Origin: Amoebophrya sp. A120
Taxonomy: Eukaryota; Protista; Dinoflagellata
Direction: 5' to 3'
Length of the DNA: 64,000 bases
Assembly: GCA_905178155.1 (NCBI GenBank)
Contig: CAJINV010000007.1
Location: forward strand, 466,020-530,019
Shown here: piece by piece, positions 10,821 through 21,793 of the stretch
Position numbering within the stretch: position 1 is the stretch's first letter
How the letters are laid out: each line of letters starts with the position of its first letter
Notes under the pieces: generated by a model
What the model was told of the DNA's origin: nothing
Seen by the model: the letters and a program-made list of their open reading frames with translations, nothing else
Databases searched by the model: none
Program-made: the position numbers and the translations under genes

Positions 10821-13800
10821 ATGCGTGACCCCTTCGGCCAGGAGCGGTCGATCTGTTTGAAATGCCAGAAGCACGACCGGGAGTGTCTGGAGTTTTTGCC
10901 CAGCGACATGGACACCGACTGCCTGGACAACGGGGATTTCGATTGGGAAGGGGAAATGAAGGACTTGGACGAGCGAAAAGTCCTGCCCTGCATTCTCGAG
11001 TCCATCACCGCCTACCGACGGAGAACCTTCGACGAAAGCAACATCGTCTGCAAGGCGACAAATTCCAGTTCCTTGCTGCAGAATCTCGTTGGCGGCGGGA
11101 GTAGTGGGTCTACTTCTTCGCCATCTTCACCAAGCAATAATCCCTGCATTGCCACCACGAGCAGTGGTTCTTCCCCGATGAATAAATCGGGTGTACAAAA
11201 ATCATCCGCCAGTACCCTGGTGCAGAAAACGTTCCCACCGACCTTAGCAGCCAGCGCAGCAGCAAACAGACAAGGATCTACGTCGACTTCGAATGCGGCA
11301 AATAACAAATTCACCTCCTACTCGCGGATTTGCCACTGCGGGTGCGATTGCGAAGACCACTTGCTGGAAGTGGTTTCGAAACAGGAGAAAATCGTGTTGA
11401 ACCTGATCCGGCCCCATTTTCAGATGCTGAAACTCAGCTACTCGGTGATGCAGTCGGTTACTGACACGGTGCACTTGGACATTCCCCGAACGGAGTTCAC
11501 CTACGGGGAGATCTACGATGTGGCCTTCCTGCGGTTTCTGAACGAATTGTGGGACGAGTATTACGGGGGAGATAATTTTCTTTCGGCTGCAGGTGCCGCG
11601 GTATCATCCCCTGCAAGCCCAGCCTCGCCGAAATCAGCAGGCCCAGGAAGTCCTGCTTTTTCTTCGCCCAAAAATAATACCGGCGCAGCAGCAGGTTCTT
11701 CGCCCAATGTCCCGCACACGCGACCCAGCAAAACCACTGCCGGGGCCGCGCTGGCGGGGAACGGCTCACCGACGAATTCGAAAACTACGAATCTGCTGAA
11801 GAACAACACACAGACTTCTAGCAATCCCGGAACAACATCACCAAGTAGCAACAGGCAAGGAATATTAAACAGTACGAACGGCGCCACCTGTTCGCCGAAG
11901 CCCCTCTCTCCCTTCCACGACCAGTCGCCGGATGTGTCGAAAAGAAGACCGTTTCAGGGAAAATTCCTGGACCTCGGCTGCGGCACGGGGAAGGCGGTTT
12001 TTCTCGCAACTTGGTCGATATGACAGTGCACACCCCCCCCTCCCCCTCATTTGTCATGCAAAATACCCAGTCCACCCTTTGACTCCTAGCGCTGTTTGCG
12101 TGACAAGTTCTGGTAGCCCAAATAGCATTATACTCCCTTGCAAATTTGTCATGCAAAACCGGCACTCCTGCTGATGCTTGTATTGCCGTTCACGCTATAC
12201 AAATGAGGGGGAGGGGGAGTTGTGCACTGTTATAGCCGAAGTGGCAGTTTGAGAAAGCGGAGGGAGTGGAATTACTCCCCGGCCTGCACAAGCTTGCGTG
12301 CTATCTGAAAGACAGCATTTATATCACACAGCAAAAAGTAAAAGCTGGCAGGGCACATTTGTAATGCAAAAAGAAATACTCAAAATCTGCGCTGCACATC
12401 CGAAACAGCATGCTATGGGGCCACCCATGACAAATTTTTCTGTGTATTTATTTTTGCATTACAAATCTGCCCTGCGAGCTTTTTTCTCTGGGATAGTTTA
12501 CAAGTCGTGTGACGCCCTGTCCCCGAAAACGCGGTCGGTGGTATTCTAAGTAAAAACATCCCCACCCCAGAGTTGTCATGCAAACCTGCATGGCAAAAAA
12601 GTTTCTCATGCGGAGCCCCATGCGAAGCATTTTCTCGTCGTGTGTTGGAATTTGTGGTGCTTTAATCAGCATGAGATGCTAGGTCTGTGATGCTGCTATA
12701 CTAGCTAAACAGCATTACACTACGAGGACAAAACTGTCATGCGACACAACCCAAGCTAGTTCAATTTGTCTAGCTGATTTTCCAACTACTTGACTACGGG
12801 TTGGGGACGTCTTTCCTCGGGATACGTGGCGAAAATTCCCCAAACCGACGTAGAATTCTTTCTCGGGGACGTGGCGAAGTGGCATCTGCAGCAGGCGGGG
12901 AAAGAAGAAGCAGAAGAAGGAGAACAAGACGGCGCAACAAGTCGTGCAAATGAAAACAATGATCTGAAGCTCGTGTACATCGCGTCAACGGTTTTTGGCG
13001 AGGAACTGATGGCGAAGATACGGTTCGATGTACTGCCGAAGGTCTGGTATGCAAGTGCAAAAGCATGGACAACGAAGTTGCTTGCCCATATTTAATATTT
13101 GGTGGAATTACCACCAAGTGTGTAGACAAGAGAGAAGCTTGTCGGCGAGTATCTGATGTGTAGTCTGGTACAACGGCCTGCTCGTGGTTCATTCTTCGAT
13201 ACAGAGCGGAAGAATCAGTGATGCGAAACTACGTACTGCGGTATTTTGAAACAGTCACATGCATAATTTCCTGCTCGCTTCAATCATTTCTCCCTCGTGG
13301 GCGACACACAGACTCCAAGGAAGTACAACTTCGCAGCCTTTGCAACCGTTCCATAAATGCAGCAGGGACACGATCATTGTGACGCTGAAGAACAAATTGC
13401 CGGATATAGAAATTTATCAACTGTAAAAATGTCTGGGTCTGGAAGAATGCAAGTTTGTCATGCTTGTCTGGCATGACTCGGGAATCTGTGTTGCATAGGC
13501 ACGAAAAGGCGCTTTTACCTGTCATGCAAAAACGCAGTTTGCCATGCAAGATACGTAAGACATGGGAGCCAAAAAATTTGTCATGCATAGCTGCGTATTG
13601 CAGTCCGTCTACCATTCACTTTTAGCATCACAAGTTTCCAGACCCAGACATTTTTACATTTGATAAAATTTTGCAAGAAACAAAACTCCTCGTCTCCTGG
13701 GGCTATAGCCCTTGCTACGTCTGTCGCCTGCCGGTATCAAAAGAAAAAATCCCCCCTCCCCATATCAAAACGGAAATCTGTGATGCAGATTTGTTGTCAC

Positions 13801-14079
13801 AAATCAGCTTTGTCATGCTACACGGGAAAAGATGCGGACTGTAGTGCTGGGTGGCGTGGGGAAGCCTTGCATCTTCAGCATGATAGGAGGCAGCTGAGAG
13901 TGGGGAACAGCATGACAAATTGCCTGCAAACGAGGCCACGACTGCGGCTCTTGGCCTTCTAGCATGACAAGTCGATTTGTGACCTCAAATACAGCATCAC
14001 AAATTTCGTTTTCGATATGGGGAGGGGGGATTTCTCCTTTCGATAGCCGGTTGATACGGGTCGTGCGGAAATAAAATGA
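10821..14079 (+). CDS. Class I SAM-dependent methyltransferase, DOT1-like, with low-complexity Ser/Pro/Asn insertions
   Basis: Motifs FTYGEI, FLDLGCGTGKAVFLA, GVELLPGLHKLA, VEFFLGD, LVYIASTVFGEELMAKI and LVSWG, assembled after removing elements at 12019, 12302, 12542, 13415, 13735 and a conventional intron after ~13041. Confidence 0.75.
12019..12234. mobile_element. Introner, family A
   Basis: TIR tatgacagtgcaca...ctccccctcatttgt; TSD gtcga/gccga. Confidence 0.9.
12542..12824. mobile_element. Introner, family F
   Basis: TIR tattctaagtaaaaacatccccacccc; TSD ggtgg/cgtgg. Confidence 0.85.
13415..13665. mobile_element. Introner, family E
   Basis: TIR tatcaactgtaaaaatgtctgggtctggaa; TSD aaatt; empty site present at ~14310. 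Confidence 0.95.
13735..14045. mobile_element. Introner, family D
   Basis: TIR tatcaaaagaaaaaatcccccctccccatatc; TSD gccgg. Confidence 0.95.
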
Positions 14080-14302
14080 GGAAGAAGCTTTTGATCACGG
14101 CGAATATATAATGCGCATCACTCAGTGCTACTGATAGCACGCAGTTTTTTCCTGCTGTTGTACTGTGCATTGTACTAAAAGGACGGCTCCTGCGTAAGAG
14201 TTCTTGGGAAATAAGAGGAGTATTAGCGAGAAGTTATCGCAAGGAAAAATCCCCCCTCCCCATATTGAAGAGGTAGGTTTTCGAAAATTTGTGTTGCTGA
14301 TT

Positions 14303-14700
14303 GATATAGAAATTTTGCAGGAAACAAAACTCCTCGTCTCCTGGGGCTACATATCAACTGCAAAAATGTCTGGGTCTGGAAGAATGCGCGATTTGTCATG
14401 CTGCTTTTCCATGACCCATGAGGTCTGGAACGCAGGACCTAGCATGAAGGATTCTGCGAGACCTTTCTCATGCCTTTCCTGCATGAGAAACTCCCTCCCG
14501 ACTTGGTCAAAACTGGGCGACTTTTGGTAATCATGCAACACAGATTTTTGCATGCAGCAGATTTAGCATGACAAGTTGCAATTTTCCAGACCCAGACATT
14601 TTTACATTTCATACTACAGCCCGTGTTACGTGTGTCGCCTGCCTGTAGTTGATACAGGTCGTGTGGAAAAATGATGAAGAAGTTCGTCACGAATACTTTG
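14303..14700 (+). pseudogene. Duplicated last exon of the methyltransferase gene (orphan fragment or alternative terminal exon)
   Basis: gatatagaaattttgcaggaaacaaaactcctcgtctcctggggc and downstream sequence repeat 13403-14100 with different introner content; preceded by a truncated family D end at 14235. Confidence 0.8.
14352..14613. mobile_element. Introner, family E
   Basis: TIR tatcaactgcaaaaatgtctgggtctggaa; TSD ctaca. Confidence 0.93.
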
Positions 14701-15656
14701 CAACTACGCTCAGTTAAAGCATTTCGCATCTTTCCAGTGCTGCGGTTTTTTGTCCTAAAGGCACGATAACTGCGTGCTTTGAAAACAGCGTCAGAACAAC
14801 TCTACGCTTCAATACGAATACAGCAAAATGCTGTATTTGTGTTGCTTACTTGCTGCAATGAGTTCTTGCTCTCGTCTAGTTGTCGTCGTTGCCACGTAGA
14901 CAATGTCGCTCGTTTACTTTGTTGTTCATTTTCGTGCTGCAGTAAAGGAAGAGGCGAAAATATTCATCAGAGTCGTGTAAGTAGTCACAAATAGAAAGAA
15001 GTCGCGCCTCCCCTTGCTCTAAAATACTAATCGTTCGTTGTGTGCATAAGCACTCGCGCCAGAAGAATTTAAATTGTGGTCTTTTTTTCCATGTCTGTAC
15101 GTCGTGGTCCGCAGGTCCCCCTCAGTATGTCATTTTCGTTTCATCGTTCTTCTCGTTGCGTCTTTTTCGTGTATCCAACCGTGCTACCGTGCAGCGCAGA
15201 CACGAGGACAATCACACCTCAAGGGCCTTTGAGGTGGCTCCTCTGCAATCTATCGTTCTCGTTCTTGGACCGTGAAAGTCAGTGTCGTTCGCTTTTTGCT
15301 AACCCGTTTTTCGTAGTCCAAACAATACTATGCGGTCTTTTATTGCGGATTTTTTCAATCTTCCGATCGATTCTTTGATAGATCAAACACGCAGAGATGA
15401 TGTACCTGAGAAATACCTACGGCGTTCTGAACCCTTGATGCCCCCTTTTGGTAAGTTCATCTTCGGAATAACAGACACCACACTTTCTTCTTTCTCGGTT
15501 TAGGACTTTGAGTACCTTCTAAAGCTCCTGCCTCCAAATAGGTCGTCCTCTCATCGTACGTTGGAGGTGGTATCAATATCGCGGCAAGTTCACAGAACTC
15601 ATAAAAATAAGAAGGCACGAGAGAAATATATCCACCGCGTCAAAACAAGACAAAAA

Positions 15657-18600
15657 ATGTCTCCCCCCTGCACACCGAAGACTCGGTGGAGTGGGAGCCG
15701 ACGTCGCGTGTCGTGCAGTACTTCTCACGCTCGTCTTTTACAACTCCTGTCACCGCCCGCGCTAGCGTTCTTTCACCTCCTGACTTCGTCAACACGACCT
15801 TTGGTACTACAAGAATTCGGACCAGTTGTAATAAACGGCTTGGAGTTGTTGACCACGGGGCACAAAAAGCAGAAGGCGCGGCGTGTGACGATGAAAGGCG
15901 GAAACGAGGACTCGTGGTCTTCGGGAAGAAGTATTAAAACTGAGCCGGGTTGGAGTGGTCCTCGTCCGGCTGCACGTGGAAGCAGTGAAGGCAGCAATAA
16001 ACGGGCGGCGTACTACCGGAGCGCGCTCTTCGAACTCTTCGCGGCCAAGAAACAACGGAAATCGTTGAAAATCGGGAAAGAAAATGAGAACCTCGAGAAG
16101 TTACACCACAAAGAAGGAGCGCCAGAGAGCTGCGGCGAGAAGAACCCGAAACGAGTGCGGGGAATTTGTTTGAAAGATGCCATTATGCATTGCAAATACG
16201 TTGCCTGGATTGTGCTTTCGAAGGTTGCAAATTGGCATGCAAAATCGCGATCACCAAAAAATCTCCGTGTTGCATGAACGCCACAGGCTAATTCCATTTT
16301 TTAGTAGGGAAACGGCAGACCACGACTTCTAATGCGGGATGAACATAGGTACGAGGAAGGTCTCTCAAAAACAGTGATGCTTGTTCTGTGTGCATTATCA
16401 AGACTATTTGCGTCGACGTGGTCTGCGTCTGCGACATGCATGTTGACAAGTCTTGCATTCTTCCAGGCATGATCCAGGGATATTTGCATTTGATAGCCGT
16501 CAACGACCCAACTGCATTTGGTGCAACACCGGCTTCCGAGAAGGAGAAAAATGCATTCATATCGCGCGGAAAAATGCCCCCTTCCCATATTGAAAAGTTA
16601 TGTTTCCAAAAATTTGCGTTGCTGATTTGTGGCCACAAATCAAATTTGCCTTGCAAATAGAGAAGGGCAGAGGCGTCCGTCCCATTATGGTAGCGATTTG
16701 TCATGCTTTTGGGCGGCCTAGAGGGCGGCAGCCTGCAAAGCTAAACAACTAAGGATACATACGCTGAGGATCTGGCCGCAGTGCCTTACTGCAAGACGTC
16801 ATGGCGTAAGTATTTGCGTACGCAGTAAATCCAGTACCAGAAACTTCGTTTTGCCATGGGGACTAGGGGGGATCATGTTTCCTATCAAATGTAAAAATGT
16901 CTGGGTCTGGAAGCGTGCATGTTTGTCATGCTTGTCTGGCATGACTCTCGAATCTGTCATGCACGTTACCCAAGAGCGCCATTTTTCTGTCATGCAGGAA
17001 CGCAGCTTGTCATGCAGAATAGGCAACACCTAGAAGCTCAGAAACTTGTCATGCTGAGCGAGCACTTGTGGCCTGTTCATGATACGCCACCCAGCATCAC
17101 AAGTTTCCAGACCCAGACATTTTTGCATTTGGTATTTCCTTTTGATAGTTGATTGCCCGTCACCTCACGAGCAGCGGAACATCTTATTACAATGAAAAAT
17201 GCCCCCACCCCCGAACTCGAAAGCATTTGCATTGCAAATCTTTCCAAATGAAACATTCGCCCTCTTGCGTGTATCAGCATCACAGATTTCCGATCGTGAA
17301 TAGCAAAAATTTGTATTGCAAAAGATCCCAGCAAGAGCGGTGCTTGTCATGCAAGCGATGCGAAACACGACTAGAATCTGCATCAGAAAGATTCGTACTC
17401 CTTTCATGCATGACAAAAAGCTTTCATTTGGAAACTTCGCATCACAAATTCTTGCAATTTCAGGGGTGGGGGGCATTTTTCACTGTGATACATCTTGGGA
17501 GGACCCTTTGTGCGTGGGGAAACAGACCAACTTGCTGGGAAGACACGTTGGGCACCATATCCTGAGCAAAAACGTTCCCACCCCATAGTCGAGATGGGAA
17601 GTCTGCTACACAAATCGCCCAGCTTTGGCTGTTGCGCATGACAGATTCGGCCCCCCCGTGTAATACTCCTGTTCAGCTTGTTCAGCAGCATCACAGACCT
17701 AGCACATTGTACTTATCGGAGCACGATGGCAAATTCCGACACACGACTGGAAAATGCTTCTCGTGGGGATCTGCATGAGGAACATTTCCAGCGTGCAGAT
17801 TTGCATTGCAACTATGGGGTGGGGATGTTTTTACTCAGGATACACCAACCGGATTCCCTCTGCGTCTTGTCGGGGTGGCGAGAGCACGCCCCTCGTATCA
17901 AATGCAAATATGTCTGGGTCGGGAAGAGTTTAAACTTGTCACGCAGGTTTTCCATGACTCGTGAGGTCTGGAATGCGGGACCTAGCATGGCAGAGTCTGT
18001 GAGGTCTCTGCCATGCCTATCCTGCAGGAGAAACTCCCTCCAAACTTGGTCGAAAGTGGACAGCTTTTGGCACTCATGCAACACAGAATTCTGCATGATT
18101 CAGATTTAGCATGACAAGTTGCAATCTTCCAGACCCAGACACTTTTGCAATCCATACCTCCGGGTTATGTGCAACCCTTAAAACCTCTGGGGGAACCGAC
18201 GGGGGACAGCCCGCCGCAAGANCCCAAGAGCTCCGCTTTTCTGTGATGCAGAAGCGCAGTTTGTCATGCAGAATAGGCAACACCTAGGAGCTCAGAAACT
18301 TGTCATGCTGAGCCAGCCTTTGTAGCCTCATCATGAGACGCCACCCAGCATCACAAGCTTCCAGACCCAGACACTTTTGCAATCCATACCTCCGGGTTAT
18401 GTGCAACCCTTAAAACCTCTGGGGGAACCGACGGGGGACAGCCCGCCGCAAGAGTTTCGCTTCCGCCACGAAGACGAGGTATCTAGTGCAAACATGTGGT
18501 CTGCGCCTGGAAGATGAATGCGCGACTTGTCATGCTCCGCGGTAGGATGACTCTCAAGCCTGTCATGCACGTCACCCAATAGCCTCGCTTTTCTGTCATG

Positions 18601-19773
18601 CAAAAACGCAGTTTCTCATGCAGAATAGACAACACGACCTAGCACCTCAGAAACTTGCCATGCTGGAGCGTGAGTTGTGGCGTCGTGAAGGTTTTTCGCC
18701 AAACAGCGTCACAAGTTTCCAGACCCAGACACTTTTGCAAGGTATACGAGGTTGGGGACGTCGACAAGAGTGCCCCGGTGGACCTCACCTGCAAGCTGTA
18801 TTCCTGGAGCTACCACTGGAACTACGTGAGGAAGGACGACGACGAGAAGGACGAGAACCAGAACGGATGGGTCCCCAGCGGCGAGCGGTGCCGGGGCTAC
18901 ACGCTCAAGCTGAGAAACGAAGGGTTCGCAAACACGGTTTTTCTGCGGCGGCACTTGTATACTGCGGGGTGGACGTGGCGTTTTCTGAAGACCGACCTCG
19001 GATTCCGGGAAACCGACCGAGACGCCAAGTTTCAGCAAGAGTGCCGCTCGTTTGCCTATAACACTGGGGACCCCGTGAATGATGACGGTGAGGAGGCATA
19101 CTTCGACGAATATGATGTCGACAAGGGGCCCAAAATGCTATGCATTGCAAAAGCGTCTGGGTCTCTGGAAAGAACTTGTGGTGCTAGTTTGCGAATGGTG
19201 GGCAGAGGACGACACTGCAAAAATACGCAGTCACGCATGACAAGTTTTTGAATTTTTATGTGTTTCGCTTTCAGCTGCGTTCTTTTTGCATGATAAGTAG
19301 ACAAGAGGACACTTCTTTCCTGCTCAGGCAATATCACAGGTTTAAGAGTCATGTTAGACATTAAGCATGACAAGCTTGTTTCGTTCTAGTTCCAGAACAC
19401 CAGACGTATTTGCATTTGATGCTTGTTCTTTTCCGGGGGCAAATGGGACGTGCTGGAGGTGGAGTGGAGACAGGCAAAGACATACCAAGTGCAAAAGTGT
19501 CTGGGTCTGGATGATTCTGAGACTTGTCATGCACGGTTTGCGTGAGCCATGACGTCTGTGATGCATGCACTAGCATCACAGATTTTTTGAGGGATGCTTG
19601 ATGCCTATTCCGCATGACAAATGCCCTCGCCGTGTAGCAAAAATTCGACTCATTTTGCTGCTCATGCAACACAAATTTTTTTAGACATCCAAATGCAGCA
19701 TCACAAGTTGCATTCTTCCAGACCCAGACATGTTTACATGTGATAAGACAGTGATCGGGCAGATATCAGGATG
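15657..19773 (+). CDS. Hypothetical, probably secreted, multi-exon protein; 3' end uncertain
   Basis: Frame stays open across removal of elements 16184, 16560, 17185, 17558, 17896 and 18480 (…CLKDAINDPTAFG…IARHLTSSGTSWEDPLCVG…EVGDVDKSAPVDLTCKLYSWSYHW…); assembly gap at 18222. Confidence 0.65.
16184..16495. mobile_element. Introner, family E-related
   Basis: Imperfect TIR; TSD gccat/gccgt. Confidence 0.85.
16560..17147. mobile_element. Introner, family D, containing a nested family E element
   Basis: Left TIR tatcgcgcggaaaaatgcccccttcccat; right TIR split by the nested element; TSD attca/gttga. Confidence 0.8.
16883..17134. mobile_element. Nested introner, family E
   Basis: TIR tatcaaatgtaaaaatgtctgggtctggaa; TSD tttcc. 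Confidence 0.92.
17185..17490. mobile_element. Introner, family G
   Basis: TIR tattacaatgaaaaatgcccccacccc; TSD catct. Confidence 0.92.
17558..17842. mobile_element. Introner, family F
   Basis: TIR tatcctgagcaaaaacgttcccaccccatag; TSD cacca. Confidence 0.93.
17896..18156. mobile_element. Introner, family E
   Basis: TIR; TSD cctcg/cctcc. Confidence 0.88.
18480..18746. mobile_element. Introner, family E
   Basis: Degenerate left TIR; TSD cgagg. Confidence 0.88.
19139..19420. mobile_element. Introner, family E (right end degenerate)
   Basis: tatgcattgcaaaagcgtctggg ... ccagacgtatttgcatttgat; TSD unclear. Confidence 0.7.
19483..19745. mobile_element. Introner, family E
   Basis: TIR taccaagtgcaaaagtgtctgggtctgga; TSD agaca. 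Confidence 0.9.
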
Positions 19774-20208
19774 AAAAGTGCCGTTTTATCCCGGAACAAG
19801 TGGCGAAATGTTCTGATGCATATGATTTTCAAATGAAAGAACTATTGTTTTGTATTAAACAAGGACCGCTCCCGTTGTTGTTGCTCCTACTGAAGATCAT
19901 CTACAGCGTTGTAGGCCTTGTAGCTGCCTTGTAAGCAGGAGCTCTTAATACATGAAAATTTCTGCAGCTACTAACTAGGCCTTTTTCCAGCGGAATGAAT
20001 CTCTGCTATTCTGCTTGAAAAAATAACGTTGCTGGAATACTCTAGCTATGGAAGAAGATGGGCAGGAGTTCGAGGTCCTCCGTTCGGCAACTACTTCTGC
20101 AAAAACGCAAACAGGCTGGTCACTTAGACTTTATTCCGGGGTTCTAGGGGCAATTTTCATTTCGATAGTAGACCATCATTTCCGACGCAGTCATGTCCGG
20201 GGGGGAAG

Positions 20209-20423
20209 TATCCAGGAAAAAAACTGTGTAAGTGTAAGTTTCTTGGAGGAATAGCATCACAAGTTTGCTCTGCATGACACAGAAAATGAAAACCTGTCAT
20301 GCGTAGCTAGGACGTGAAAACACGCACGGAAATTGCCTCTGATGCTTGTCCAGCATGACAAGTGTAACAGTTTTGCATTTTCTGCAACACAAACTTACAC
20401 TTACACAGTTTTTTTCTTGGATA
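20209..20423. mobile_element. Introner/MITE, family C, host gene not identified
   Basis: TIR tatccaggaaaaaaactgtgtaagtgtaag; TSD ggaag. Confidence 0.93.
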
Positions 20424-21793
20424 GGAAGTTTGGCTTCGCTCCTACACGTGCTCGGCCGCTCCCGCGGAAGAAAAAATTTTGCGGAGTCCGAGCGGCAGGC
20501 GCCCGCTGATTGCTGCCCCGGATAGAAATAACCGGGGCAGGAAGATGAACATCGGGGGCGAAGGCGCCCGCACGTCGTCGAGCGTGGAACAAAACGCAAC
20601 GAACTCCACGAAGGAAGGCCAGGAGGAGAAGCCTTTTGTTTTTCGCTGCTGCTAAACGCAAGATCGATCGGTTCAGGATATAGGTACTTCTTGGACAAGT
20701 AGAACATCGACATATTCTGCATACTTTGGCTATCCCCGTTTCGTACTGAAAGAAATATTCTTCATACTATTCCCGTTTCGTAGTAAAAGAGCTGTTTTTT
20801 GTATCATGAAACTTGACCTTTGCATACACTATCCAACAATTTACATTGCATTATCTTCCCCCAGGAGCTTTTTTCACGCGACGGTCGTGAAAAGAAAAAA
20901 AATACGAAAGGCCACTTCAGTTGTAACTGCGCGACCGAACTACATTAACAAGCTGAAAGAAGAAGAACCCGAGTCAGTAATTGTGTCTTTTCTTGTTTGT
21001 TGTTTGTGGACAAATCTTCTGCCGACAGGTCCGCTCAAGAGGTGGATAAGAAAGATCGGCAGCGGACTTCTAGAAGAACCAGAACAGAGTGAGACGCATT
21101 TTCACTTTTTCATCCTCGTTCGATAGTCCGGAGGTGGGTACGGCCTCCAGGTCATTGTTTTTCCTCTTTCTCCGATACCGATTCATATCGTACACGTACT
21201 CGTACTCAATGTGCCGTCGGTTTTCTTCGTTCGTTCCATCGCGCAACCACGGCGCTTTCGCTTCTGTAATCGGCCTATGATCCTCTACTTCGTGCACAGA
21301 ACAAAACACACGAAAGTTGACTATCCGTTAAAGTTTTGCATCGCCTTTTTGAAAACACAATCATAAACAGAGGCGCTGGATGAAAAAATAAATCGTGGTT
21401 GGAAATAAATGTAGTCGGCTTAATATTTTCGTGCTCTGTTCGTTCTGAATTCCGTTCATGCGGTCGACGTGCTGAAGCTTTCTTCTTTCTTGCTGGAGGA
21501 AGAATTTTTACTGGAGCATCAACATTGTGGTGCTCGTGACTGAGCATTTCTGCACACATTTTGTCCATTTACAACTACCAGCAATTCGGAAGAAGCAAAT
21601 TTGTCCATTTCTCTTTCTTCGGAAGCAGTCCACTTACACAATATCTTTCCCCCTCAAAATTTTGTACAACAAGTAGAAGCACAACTTTTCTTCTTGCGTT
21701 GTAACTCTTTTAGTCGTCGTTGTAACGTAAGTATTTACTGAGAACAAGAAGCGGCCGCACTGCTACAATTCTTCGCCCGGCAGCGCAGTGGAA

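Noticed and set aside
18129-18452. Apparent exon duplication around the single N at 18222
   Set aside because: Identical sequence on both sides of a gap, and 18223-18370 matches the end of the 22174 element; most likely an assembly artefact.
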